Below the pieces are notes generated by a model. It made no database searches, had not been told where the DNA came from, and saw only the letters and a list, made by a program, of their open reading frames with translations. The position numbers and the translations under genes were made by a program. A stretch of DNA of 64,000 bases from Bdellovibrionales bacterium (GTDB lineage Bacteria > Bdellovibrionota > Bdellovibrionia > Bdellovibrionales > JAUICD01): contig CBDANC010000014.1 of the NCBI GenBank assembly GCA_965197425.1, positions 96,001 to 160,000 of the forward strand, in the 5' to 3' direction. Positions 19,282 through 28,711 of this stretch are shown one piece after another; the stretch's first letter is position 1; each line of letters opens with the position of its first letter.

Positions 19282-20754
19282 TTACTTTAGATCAACATAA
19301 TACAACGGTGAAAAATCACCATTTAAAGGAGGTTCGTAGTTTAAAACCCTTTTATTTACAATAGCTACATCTGTATTGTACCACAATGGAATAACAGGTA
19401 GCTCATCATATACAATTTTTTGAACTTCTAAATAATATGCTATTCTAGCATCTAAATTTTCAATTTTTCTGCCACTATCAAGCAGATCATCCAACTTTTT
19501 GTTGGAGTAAAATCCTCTATTTCTTCCTATAGGAGGAAGTTCTTTAGAATGAAACGCTACTCTGTAAATATCAGGATCACTAGCCCCTACCCACCTCATA
19601 ATAGCAGCCTGAAAGTTGGCAGATTTAATGTCACCATAAAAAGTACCCCATTCAAAACTCTGAACCTCTGTGCTGAATCCTGCCTTATTTAGTTGATTAG
19701 ATATAACTTTACCATTTTCTACAGCACTAGAGTTGCTCGAAGTCTTTATGATTATCTCTTTTGTAAGATCACCTATCATACTTTTTGCCCTGGCTAAGTC
19801 ATAACCTATAACTTGTAATTTAGAATTAAAAAATGGATTTCCAGGAGTTAATATAGAGGTGGCAGGTACTCCCAACCCAGATAACTTATATTTTATAATA
19901 GAATTTATATCTAGAGCATAGGCCAACACCTGCCTCATTTCCTTTGTAAAAATGGGGTCTTTTAAATTTAACAGTAGGTAATTCATTTTTAATCCAGGAT
20001 ATTTATGAATATAAAAATCTTCACTATCTAAAAACTTTTCCACTTTATTAGCAGGCATATCAGACTGAACAATATCTATTTCTCCTTTTAAAGTTTTTAA
20101 AAAAAGAGTACTCTCATCTCTTATCACTTTAAAAGAAATACTATCTATTTTTGGCTTAACAATATTATGATCTTTCCTTGCTTTTAAAATTATCTCATTA
20201 GGAGTTTTTTTCTCAAAAATAAAACTACCTGTACCTATTAAATTGTCTGAAGTTTTACCTGATAATTTTTTAGATAAAATTTTAACAACACTTAAATCTT
20301 CTAATAAAGTTGCACTAAACTCTGAAAGCTCTAAAACAACTTTGGGATTTTCTATATCAGAGAAATCTGCTTTTATATTTTTTATTACACTTAATGATTT
20401 TTTAAATGGCACATCATCTCTTCTATATTGCTCAAAAGTGAACAAAATATCTTCCTCTGTAACCATGTCTCCATTTGAAAATTTAAGACCAGGATAGAGA
20501 TCAAAAGTATAAGTTAGGTTCTTATATTGCCATGCTTTAGCCGCATCTTCTTGAATTTTTAACTTAGGCCCCAACCTAACAAGTGAATTAAAAATAAGAT
20601 TAATAATTCTCTGTCCATTTGCATCTGTAGCATATCTTGGGTCTAAAGTTTTTGCCTCAGATGTTAGTGCAAATACAATTCTCTTTTCAATTATCTTATC
20701 TTTCTTAGTACAAGCAACGATAAATATCAAAACAAACAATATTCTTAACATCAC
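19282..20754 (-). CDS. ABC transporter substrate-binding lipoprotein (family 5, peptide)
   Basis: Lipobox VAC; TLDPR, IFNSLV, KFSNG, IGTGSF and ELPVIPLW. Confidence 0.9.
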   Translation of the reverse strand: MMLRILFVLIFIVACTKKDKIIEKRIVFALTSEAKTLDPRYATDANGQRIINLIFNSLVRLGPKLKIQEDAAKAWQYKNLTYTFDLYPGLKFSNGDMVTEEDILFTFEQYRRDDVPFKKSLSVIKNIKADFSDIENPKVVLELSEFSATLLEDLSVVKILSKKLSGKTSDNLIGTGSFIFEKKTPNEIILKARKDHNIVKPKIDSISFKVIRDESTLFLKTLKGEIDIVQSDMPANKVEKFLDSEDFYIHKYPGLKMNYLLLNLKDPIFTKEMRQVLAYALDINSIIKYKLSGLGVPATSILTPGNPFFNSKLQVIGYDLARAKSMIGDLTKEIIIKTSSNSSAVENGKVISNQLNKAGFSTEVQSFEWGTFYGDIKSANFQAAIMRWVGASDPDIYRVAFHSKELPPIGRNRGFYSNKKLDDLLDSGRKIENLDARIAYYLEVQKIVYDELPVIPLWYNTDVAIVNKRVLNYEPPLNGDFSPLYYVDLK

Positions 20755-22094
20755 AGCACACCAACTAATTTATCCATAAAAGAGAGTGCATACTTATTCC
20801 CATTGTAAATTATAACAAATACCAAGTCTGATTTACCCACATAACCTGCTATACCGTATACATTGTTCAACTGCCCTGTCTTTGCTCTTATATTTTGAGA
20901 CATTTTTCTGTTTTTTAAAGTTCCATCAAGACCACCTATAGGCAGTGCTGACATAAATTCATAATTATATTTTAAACTCTTATAGGCAAGTAAAAGTCTT
21001 GCAAGTGACATAGGCTTAAAACTATTTTTATGAGATAAACCTGACACACTTTTTATAATAAAATCATTTGCGTTTAAGTTTTTGAAATTTTTGTTTATAT
21101 GCGATTCTATAGCTCTAATACCTTGGCCTATGTTCCCTCTTTTTGCTCCTATTTTTAACGACAAATGTTTTACTAACATCTCAGAAATAAAATTATTGGA
21201 AAACTTCATCATCATTTTTACTAGTTCACCAACGGTAGCACTAGGAGAGGTTGCAACAAGAGTTGCTGTTTTAGTAACTTTTCCCCTTTTTACTTCTCCA
21301 TCAATACTAATATCCCTTTGGGCTAAAAAAAGTTTTAGGTTTTGACCACCCCAAAGATTATCTGTAATTGGTGCATAATAGGCCTTTTCTTTGCTTTTAA
21401 TACCTACATTACCACTGACAGTGACCCGGCCTTTAGAAAATGAAGCACTTACTCTGGATGCTTTCTTTGAGGTTTTGGTTTTATTATTTACTTTTAAATG
21501 TGCACTGTGTGGATCAATAGATATTAACGCTTGCTTACCTAATTCTGATGGCTTTACAAAAACATTTAGTGAGTTCCAATTAAATGACAATCCAAAAGTC
21601 AGAGAATCATATGCCCTACTAACTCTTGGTGTACTTCTACCTGGATCTACATACTTTTCGTTAAATATGTAGTCATCTACAATTATATCACCTTCTACTT
21701 TCTTTATCCCTTGCCTTGTAAACTCATTAACTAAATACCACATTCTTTCTGAGGTAAAAGAAGGATCTCCATCACCTTTAATATACAAATTTCCGCTAAG
21801 AACTCCATCTATAGGTTTTTTATCTATAAAAAGATTGGTATTAAAAGTGTAATTGGGAGAGAAGTAATCCAGTATGGCTCCTGCAACAGGTATCTTTGTT
21901 AATGAGGCTGGTATTTTAAATTGATCTCCGTTTAGATTGTATAGAGTTTTTCCTTCGTTATCTAGAACTACAATACCAATGTGTCTTTTTTTAATGGAAT
22001 GTTGTTTTAAAATATTATCTATGGGTTTTTCTAAATCTTGAGCTGCTAAAGCAAAGCTTTGGTTAAATAAAATTAAAAAAGCAACAAATTTCAT
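20751..22094 (-). CDS. dacB: D-Ala-D-Ala carboxypeptidase/endopeptidase (PBP4, S13)
   Basis: PASLTK, GDGDPSF, SNN and AKTG motifs. Confidence 0.92.
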   Translation of the reverse strand: MKFVAFLILFNQSFALAAQDLEKPIDNILKQHSIKKRHIGIVVLDNEGKTLYNLNGDQFKIPASLTKIPVAGAILDYFSPNYTFNTNLFIDKKPIDGVLSGNLYIKGDGDPSFTSERMWYLVNEFTRQGIKKVEGDIIVDDYIFNEKYVDPGRSTPRVSRAYDSLTFGLSFNWNSLNVFVKPSELGKQALISIDPHSAHLKVNNKTKTSKKASRVSASFSKGRVTVSGNVGIKSKEKAYYAPITDNLWGGQNLKLFLAQRDISIDGEVKRGKVTKTATLVATSPSATVGELVKMMMKFSNNFISEMLVKHLSLKIGAKRGNIGQGIRAIESHINKNFKNLNANDFIIKSVSGLSHKNSFKPMSLARLLLAYKSLKYNYEFMSALPIGGLDGTLKNRKMSQNIRAKTGQLNNVYGIAGYVGKSDLVFVIIYNGNKYALSFMDKLVGVL

Positions 22095-22639
22095 TTTAAC
22101 TGATCCGAAACCGCAATGTATGGCAAGTTTCTGAAATAACCTTGATAATCCATTCCATACCCCACAACAAATGAGTTTTCTATATTAAAACCTACGAAAT
22201 CTATTTCTAGTTTTTCTGTATGACATTCTGGCTTAGATAATAAAATCACAGAACAAAGTGATTTAGGCCCCCTTACTTTCACAAGTCTTTGGAGGTAGCT
22301 TAGGGTTTTACCTTTATCGACTACTTCATCTACAAGTATAACATGTTCATCTTTAATTTTGGTTGTCATATCTGCATCTAACACAATATCTCCTTTAGCA
22401 GTAGTTCCACCGAAATACGAAGATGCTTTTACGAAATCACATTTTATATCTATATCCATTGCTCTTATTAGATCTGTGTAAAAAAATATAGCTCCCTTCA
22501 AAGTGCATATTACTAAAGGTGTCTTGCCTTTGAATTTATTAGAAAGTTTACCTGCCATCTCACACACCTTACTTTGTATTTTATCAGCCGAAATTATAGG
22601 TTTCAAAGTAGGTTCTATGTCTTTAATATTGTTCATCAC
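22091..22639 (-). CDS. hpt: Hypoxanthine phosphoribosyltransferase
   Basis: LKGA, SSY, VILVDEVVDKGKTL, FVVGYGMDY and RNLPYI. Confidence 0.92.
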   Translation of the reverse strand: MMNNIKDIEPTLKPIISADKIQSKVCEMAGKLSNKFKGKTPLVICTLKGAIFFYTDLIRAMDIDIKCDFVKASSYFGGTTAKGDIVLDADMTTKIKDEHVILVDEVVDKGKTLSYLQRLVKVRGPKSLCSVILLSKPECHTEKLEIDFVGFNIENSFVVGYGMDYQGYFRNLPYIAVSDQLK

Positions 22640-22684
22640 CTTTCCTAAGTTGTTTGATGGTAATTAAAAAGATTAGTTTTAATT

Positions 22685-23782
22685 TTATAGAGGTTCGTAT
22701 TCCACAAATATTACAAAGTCTCTGCTATTTGTCAAAAACTCTCCTTGATTGATAAACCTAGCAATTAGGTTGGGCATTAGATTTAATTCAACCATTGAAA
22801 GTTCTCTTCTAGGTATAATATTAGATATAAAAAGAGCATCTCCTCTGTTAATACTTTGCATACTTGAGATGATATTCTGTCTACTTGTGTTCAAAGAGAT
22901 GACTGGTATTACAGTTTCTTGAGGCGAATTTTCTAATTCTAAATTTGTAGGTTGAATATCGGCAACATCGCTTGCAAGCTCAGTTCCATTGACTGTTGGT
23001 AATCCATCGACTTCTTCTGCTCCTAATTCTTCAGGAATTGCTACTTCGTTAGAAGGTGGAGACTGAGCGGGAGCACTTTGTATGGCCTCTACTGAAACAA
23101 AAGTTGCTCTACCTTGCAGAGTCACAGACTCCGGTGAAATACTATCTACTTCTAATCCAAAGTTTAAACCCGCACTCTCATCAGATTCAGGAAGTACCCT
23201 AGATATGTTGAATATTTTGGCCACTCTTGTAGGGCTAACAGGAACAGACCAGGTATCGAGATTAATGATATTTATTGTATCTGTAATACCAGGATCACTT
23301 GAGGTAAGGTAATTAGCCAGGTTTGAAACTATGCCACTATCGGAATCAAGCATATTAGCGTTTTGTAATACAGGGCTTGTACTGGCCAACAACACATAAT
23401 AAATGTTTAGATCACCAGACTCAAACGATGGTACCACAACTTCAGCAACCTTCTTGGCTGCTGCTAGCTCTGTAACAGTAGGGCTTGTATTAGAACTATC
23501 AAAAGCTGGACTGATAGGTAGTGCTACTTCACCTAAGTTGTTGTAGGTCTTAGAACCTGAGAGTTCCATGGCTTTCTGCTCTGAAACATGTTCTTTCACC
23601 GCAGAATAAATGTAAAATGAACTAATAGCCACAGTAACAACCAACAAAATCATATAGGTAACAGGCCCACGTAAAATAGAAGACAAAGATCTTTTAGGAA
23701 CATAAGATTTCATGTCAATGCCACAGCTGGCACAGTAACCATCGTCAGGCTGACTAAAGCCACAGTTCGGGCAAGTGATCAT
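22685..23782 (-). CDS. Hypothetical membrane protein with N-terminal zinc ribbon
   Basis: CPNCGFSQ...YCASCG followed by a TM helix. Confidence 0.7.
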   Translation of the reverse strand: MITCPNCGFSQPDDGYCASCGIDMKSYVPKRSLSSILRGPVTYMILLVVTVAISSFYIYSAVKEHVSEQKAMELSGSKTYNNLGEVALPISPAFDSSNTSPTVTELAAAKKVAEVVVPSFESGDLNIYYVLLASTSPVLQNANMLDSDSGIVSNLANYLTSSDPGITDTINIINLDTWSVPVSPTRVAKIFNISRVLPESDESAGLNFGLEVDSISPESVTLQGRATFVSVEAIQSAPAQSPPSNEVAIPEELGAEEVDGLPTVNGTELASDVADIQPTNLELENSPQETVIPVISLNTSRQNIISSMQSINRGDALFISNIIPRRELSMVELNLMPNLIARFINQGEFLTNSRDFVIFVEYEPL

Positions 23783-23864
23783 AATTAGTGAATTATATAT
23801 CAATTATGCTACATTTTTTAACACTTTATTTGACGCATACAGTTTAGTTTAATAGTTGTTAGAG

Positions 23865-24740
23865 ATGCTACACAAACCAGTCTTATTAAGAGAAATAATA
23901 TCAAGTCTAAATGAAATGAATAAACCTTTAAGTATTTTAGATGCCACTTTCGGAAGAGGAGGTCACTCTAAATCCATATTTGATACATTAGAGAATGTGA
24001 ATGTAACCGCAATTGACAGAGACTTGGAATCTGTTTTGTTTGCCAAAAATAATTTTGAATATATGAACCCTGATAACTTTAGCATTCATCACATGAACTT
24101 TTGTGATGCTTATACCTTAAAAAAATACTTTGATGCAGTTATTGTAGATTTAGGTATGAGCTCCACACAACTTGATAAAGCAGATAGAGGTTTTAGTTTT
24201 AGATTAAATGGTCCTCTTGATATGAGAATGGATCAATCTCAAAAACTAACAGCATCATACCTGGTGAACAATCTAAGTTACAAACAACTCTGTGAGCTCT
24301 TTAAAGAATATGGAGAGGTAAGAAGTCCACAAAAAGTAGTGAATGCAATAATACATCATAGAAAAAAGAAAAAAATAGAAACCACTTTAGAGCTTGCGGA
24401 TATTATATCTTCTCATACATCTTGGAAAAGATCAGGTCATCATCCTGCCACCAATTTTTTTATGGCATTAAGGATACGGGTCAATAGTGAGCTAGATAGT
24501 TTGTCAGATTCCATAGAGTCTTTTATAGATATGCTAAACCCTGGCGGACGTCTTATGGTTATATCTTTTCACTCTCTAGAAGATAGAATTATTAAATTTA
24601 TTTTTAAAGATCATAATATGGGCAAAAGAATTAACAAAAAAGTAATAAAACCAGATAACAATGAGATAAAAGATAACCCAAGGTCCAGAAGTGCAAAACT
24701 GAGGATTTTTGAAAAGTGCCTTACAGGCACAAGTATTTAA
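23865..24740 (+). CDS. rsmH: 16S rRNA m4C1402 methyltransferase
   Basis: HKPVLL, DATFGRGGHS, DLGMSSTQLD, PLDMRMD, FHSLEDRI and NPRSRSAKLR. Confidence 0.97.
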   Translation: MLHKPVLLREIISSLNEMNKPLSILDATFGRGGHSKSIFDTLENVNVTAIDRDLESVLFAKNNFEYMNPDNFSIHHMNFCDAYTLKKYFDAVIVDLGMSSTQLDKADRGFSFRLNGPLDMRMDQSQKLTASYLVNNLSYKQLCELFKEYGEVRSPQKVVNAIIHHRKKKKIETTLELADIISSHTSWKRSGHHPATNFFMALRIRVNSELDSLSDSIESFIDMLNPGGRLMVISFHSLEDRIIKFIFKDHNMGKRINKKVIKPDNNEIKDNPRSRSAKLRIFEKCLTGTSI

Positions 24741-24824
24741 ATTGCAGTGTACAAAGCATAAAGTCAGTACTCCTACCGTAAATGCCTCAGCCTGCAAGAC
24801 GACACCTGATTGCCCACTAACTTA

Positions 24825-24938
24825 CACATGTAGTCCTTTAGTAACGGGATCAGCATCAGTGTCCAGTACTGGGCAACAATGAGCCTAAAATAAGTGAACA
24901 AGTCCACTTGTTTTTAGCCTCATTAGGAAGACCTTTAT
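24825..24938 (-). repeat. Dispersed structured intergenic repeat (module A) between rsmH and ftsL
   Basis: Reverse complement reads ATAAAGGTCTTCCTAATGAGGCTAAAAACAAGTGGACTTGTTCACTT..., identical over this stretch to the copy at 62894. Confidence 0.9.
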
Positions 24939-24976
24939 ACTTGAAAACTAGACCATTAAAAATGTACTCTATAATT

Positions 24977-25261
24977 ATGGTTGTTGTAAGACCCTTAATA
25001 AGTTTTGTAATTATAATAGTAAGCCTTCTTACGGTTGTATTTTTTAGAATGGAAGTAAGAAGACTTGGCTATGAAGTATTCAAACTCACTCAAGTTGAAA
25101 AGCAAGAGTTAGATAAATATAGAAAGAAACAAATATATTTTTCTAGATTAACTAGATCAGATAGAATAGAGGAGCTTGCGAATAAAAGACTTGGCTTAAG
25201 TCATGCTAAACCAGGTCAAGTTGTTCAATTAGTAGCAGGCAGTGCTGCTATTGAGAGATAA
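24977..25261 (+). CDS. ftsL: Cell division protein FtsL-like
   Basis: Located between rsmH and ftsI; TM helix, coiled coil and RIEELANKRLGL...P motif. Confidence 0.75.
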   Translation: MVVVRPLISFVIIIVSLLTVVFFRMEVRRLGYEVFKLTQVEKQELDKYRKKQIYFSRLTRSDRIEELANKRLGLSHAKPGQVVQLVAGSAAIER

Positions 25262-25267
25262 TATCAA

Positions 25268-27169
25268 ATGTCCAGACTTACTGTTTTAGTCCTACTTTTT
25301 GTGTTTGTTTGGCTAGGTCTTTTTGCTAGATTGGCATATGTACAAATACTACCTAACAAAAAGCTCGAAAATTTAAAACACAAACAATATGAATCAAACA
25401 TTACTTTAAACGCTGTAAGAGGTAATATTTTAGATAGAAATGGTATAGAACTAGCTAGTTCTGTATCTGTTTATTCATTATTTGCAGATCCACATATAAT
25501 TAAAAATCCAAAAACACTTAGCAAAAAAATTTCCAAAAAACTAAAACTTCCTTATAGAAAAATTTTAAGACAATTAAAAAACAAAGATTCAAGATTTGTT
25601 TGGATAAAGAGAAAGTTAGATTCCTCTATAAGGAATGAAATAAAATCATGGAGAGAGCATGGACTGGGATTTATTGAAGAGTCACAGAGAATTTATCCAA
25701 AGGGAAGTGTTTTAAGTCAGGTACTTGGTTTTGTGGGGAATGATGGGAAAGGTTTAGAGGGATTGGAAGGTTATTATGATGAACTACTTTCCGGAAAGAG
25801 TTATAAAACTGCCATTCTAAGAGATGCTAAAAGAAGACCGCTTTTGGGAGAAAAGAGTTTTTTCTTTGAACGGCCAGAAGGTAAAACTATACAGCTTACT
25901 GTTGATCAAACTTTACAGTATAAGCTTGCCCAAGAATTAGATAGCACTGTTAGAAAGTTTGATGCAGATTCTGCTGTAGGTGTTATTTTAGATGTTAAGA
26001 CATCGGAAGTTTTAGCAATGGGAAACTATCCTTTTTTTGACGCAAATTTAGCATTAAAAACTCCAGGCAATTTAAGGCGTAACAAAGCTGTTACAGATGC
26101 ATTCGAACCAGGCAGTACATTCAAACCATTTACAATAGCTGCAGCATTAGAAGAAAAGTTGGTATTTCCTACAGAAAAATTCGACTGTCACGAAGGAAAA
26201 ATGGAAGTAGACGGACATACAATATCAGAAGCAGAAGGACGTGAGTTTGGTAATCTTACTGTAATAGATATTTTAGCAAAATCATCCAATGTATGTGTAA
26301 GCAAAATTGCTCTTAAGATGAAAGATCAAGTTTTTAGAGAGTACATAGATCTATTTGGTTTTGGTCACAAAACAAATGTGGATTTTTGGGGGGAGAGTTA
26401 TGGCATTTTACCTAAAACTCCTTGGAAAAAGGTAAAATCTAGTACAGTTGCGTTTGGACATGGGATAAGCGTTACTCCAATTCAAATAGCAAATGCATAT
26501 GCAATGTTAGCTAATGGAGGTGTTCTCAACAAACCCTACATACTACGTCATGTATTGGACTCAAATGGCAACATTGTACAAGACAACACTAAAAGTACCA
26601 TATCTAAGCGGGTGTTAAGCAAGAAAACTGCAAAACAGTTAAAACTAATGTTGATGGCAGCCACAAGCAATGAAGGCACAGGTAGCAAGGCTAAAGTTAT
26701 TGGATATCATGTTGCAGGTAAGACTGGAACAGCACAAAAGGTATCTGGGAAAGGCTATTCTAAAGACGAACATATATCCAGCTTTGCAGGTTTTGTGCCT
26801 GCTAATAACCCAAAGTTTGTGATATACATTGCTATCGATAATCCTAAAATAAAATACTTTGGATCAGAAGTGGCTGCGCCTGTTTTTTCTAAATTAGCCT
26901 ACCATGCCTTGTTACATAATGGGATAGAACCAGCTATAATTTTAGAAGAGCAGTTATATGAACCAGAAGAAGTTTCTAGAAAAATAGCATCCAAACCAAC
27001 TGATAAGTTACCCAAGCTAGAAGGCCTTTCGCTAAAAGAGGTTATGTATTTGTTAAAAGATATGGATATAAAAACTACGGTTGTTGGAACCGGTACTGTA
27101 GTGAGCATGAAGCCAAAAGCAAACACTCCACTTTCTGAAATCAAAAATTTATACTTATTTTTAGAATAA
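25268..27169 (+). CDS. ftsI: Penicillin-binding protein 3 (septal transpeptidase) with C-terminal PASTA-like domain
   Basis: RGNILDRNG, RIYPKG, GLEGLE, EPGSTFK, SSN and KTGT. Confidence 0.93.
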   Translation: MSRLTVLVLLFVFVWLGLFARLAYVQILPNKKLENLKHKQYESNITLNAVRGNILDRNGIELASSVSVYSLFADPHIIKNPKTLSKKISKKLKLPYRKILRQLKNKDSRFVWIKRKLDSSIRNEIKSWREHGLGFIEESQRIYPKGSVLSQVLGFVGNDGKGLEGLEGYYDELLSGKSYKTAILRDAKRRPLLGEKSFFFERPEGKTIQLTVDQTLQYKLAQELDSTVRKFDADSAVGVILDVKTSEVLAMGNYPFFDANLALKTPGNLRRNKAVTDAFEPGSTFKPFTIAAALEEKLVFPTEKFDCHEGKMEVDGHTISEAEGREFGNLTVIDILAKSSNVCVSKIALKMKDQVFREYIDLFGFGHKTNVDFWGESYGILPKTPWKKVKSSTVAFGHGISVTPIQIANAYAMLANGGVLNKPYILRHVLDSNGNIVQDNTKSTISKRVLSKKTAKQLKLMLMAATSNEGTGSKAKVIGYHVAGKTGTAQKVSGKGYSKDEHISSFAGFVPANNPKFVIYIAIDNPKIKYFGSEVAAPVFSKLAYHALLHNGIEPAIILEEQLYEPEEVSRKIASKPTDKLPKLEGLSLKEVMYLLKDMDIKTTVVGTGTVVSMKPKANTPLSEIKNLYLFLE

Positions 27170-27186
27170 AACCTTAGAGTTTACTA

Positions 27187-27225
27187 AAAAAACTAGAAAT
27201 GCTGGCATTTTTGAGCTAGTTTTTT
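27187..27225 (+). terminator. Possible intrinsic terminator after ftsI
   Basis: AAAAAACTAG-AAATGC-TG-GCATTT...CTAGTTTTTT hairpin with T-run. Confidence 0.45.
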
Positions 27226-27246
27226 CATTAATCTATAGGAATTGCT

Positions 27247-28467
27247 ATGATATTTGTAATTTTAATTTTAATAAGTGTTTTGGTTTGGGGTTTTATATTT
27301 TTTAATAAAACAAACAACAAGCTAGAAAAAGAAAACAGAGAGCTTAGAGAAAAAAATGCCATATCAGAAACTCAAAGAACACATCTAGAAGAAAAAATAC
27401 AGGAAGATAAAAAACTTCAGGATAGTGTTAAGTCTGAGTTTAAAAACCTGGCTAACGAAATTTTTGAAGAAAAAACCCAAAGATTCAAAAAAACATCCAA
27501 AGAAAATATAGAAAATATACTAGGGCCTTTAAAAACCCAGATCGAAAAATTTGAAAAGGAAGTAGGAAATAAGTATGCCAATGAAGAAAAAGAAAGATAC
27601 TCTTTGAAAAAAGAGGTTAGAAATTTAGTCACCACAAGGGAAGCTCTGGCAGAAGAAACAAAAAAACTTACTAGTGCATTAAAGTCTGATATAAAAAAAC
27701 AGGGAGTTTGGGGAGAAATAAAATTAGAAAGAATTTTAGAACACTCTGGCCTAGAAGAGGGTAGGGAATACATTCTTCAGGGAAAGGGCATGGGTCTGAA
27801 AAGCAAAGAAGGTGCCCAACAACTGCCAGATGCCATCGTGAACCTTCCAGAAGAAAAGCATATAATAATAGATTCCAAAGTTAGCTTGAAATCATACTGG
27901 GATTTTATCAACGGAGAAGATAACAAAGAAGTACTAGAAAACCTTTTTTCTTCAGTCAGATCTCATATAGACGATCTAAGCAGGAAAGAATATCAGTCAA
28001 ATAGTAAGCTAACAGCACCTGAATTTGTAGTCCTATTTTTTCCATTAGAAGGGGCACTGAGTCTGATAATGGATATGAATGTCCCAAATCAAAACAAAAA
28101 TTTGTTAGAATATGCATGGGATAAATCTGTTGTTCTGGTGACTCCATCTAATCTAATGGCTACTCTTAAAACAATTGCATCCTTATGGAGACATGCAAAA
28201 TTAAAACAAACCTACCTTGAGATAGCAAAAGAAAGCGGAAACATGTATGACAAGTTTGTTGGTTTTTTAAAAGATCTGCTGAATATAGAGCATCATTTAA
28301 GTAAAGCTCAAGATTCATATGAAAGTGCTGAAAACAAACTTAAAACGGGCAGAGGCAACCTTATAAGCAAAGCCAAAAAAATAAAAGAACTCGGAGCAAC
28401 AACTACAAAATCTATTCCAGAAGAATTTTTAACAGATATAGAACATGTCTCATCAGATAAAGAGTAA
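27247..28467 (+). CDS. rmuC: DNA recombination protein RmuC
   Basis: QGVWGEIKLERILEHSGL, PDAIVNLP, IIIDSKVSL and HIDDLSRKEY. Confidence 0.93.
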   Translation: MIFVILILISVLVWGFIFFNKTNNKLEKENRELREKNAISETQRTHLEEKIQEDKKLQDSVKSEFKNLANEIFEEKTQRFKKTSKENIENILGPLKTQIEKFEKEVGNKYANEEKERYSLKKEVRNLVTTREALAEETKKLTSALKSDIKKQGVWGEIKLERILEHSGLEEGREYILQGKGMGLKSKEGAQQLPDAIVNLPEEKHIIIDSKVSLKSYWDFINGEDNKEVLENLFSSVRSHIDDLSRKEYQSNSKLTAPEFVVLFFPLEGALSLIMDMNVPNQNKNLLEYAWDKSVVLVTPSNLMATLKTIASLWRHAKLKQTYLEIAKESGNMYDKFVGFLKDLLNIEHHLSKAQDSYESAENKLKTGRGNLISKAKKIKELGATTTKSIPEEFLTDIEHVSSDKE

Positions 28468-28572
28468 TCTATTTTATATTAAATAAGATCTTAAACCACT
28501 AGACTAGTTTATTATTCTGGACCAATCAATGTTATAGATCTCGTGTGTAAATTCCTTAGCTTTAAGTCCACC

Positions 28573-28643
28573 GGGAAACAACTACTCGGCAAAAAAAGTA
28601 GGTATAGCCTTCTTATTTTTTGCCCCGTTAGGCTCACCTTTAT
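28573..28643 (-). repeat. Dispersed structured intergenic repeat upstream of lon
   Basis: CAACTACTCGGCAAAAAAAGTAGGTATAGCCTTCTTATTTTTTGCCCCGTTAGGCTCACCTTTAT matches the reverse complement of the 52396 copy. Confidence 0.8.
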
Positions 28644-28663
28644 ACTAGGTTATTTTTTTTAGT

Positions 28664-28691
28664 TAAAATGTTCATAAAAACTAGCCGAACA
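28664..28691 (+). promoter_or_regulatory. Putative sigma28-type promoter of lon
   Basis: TAAA-N16-GCCGAACA ending 20 bp before the GTG start. Confidence 0.5.
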
Positions 28692-28711
28692 AAAACTTAA
28701 GAGGCTTTGGT

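Noticed and set aside
28573..28643. Integron attC site (contains AAC...GTTAGGC)
   Set aside because: R/L box spacing does not fit, other copies lack GTTRRRY, and there is no integrase.
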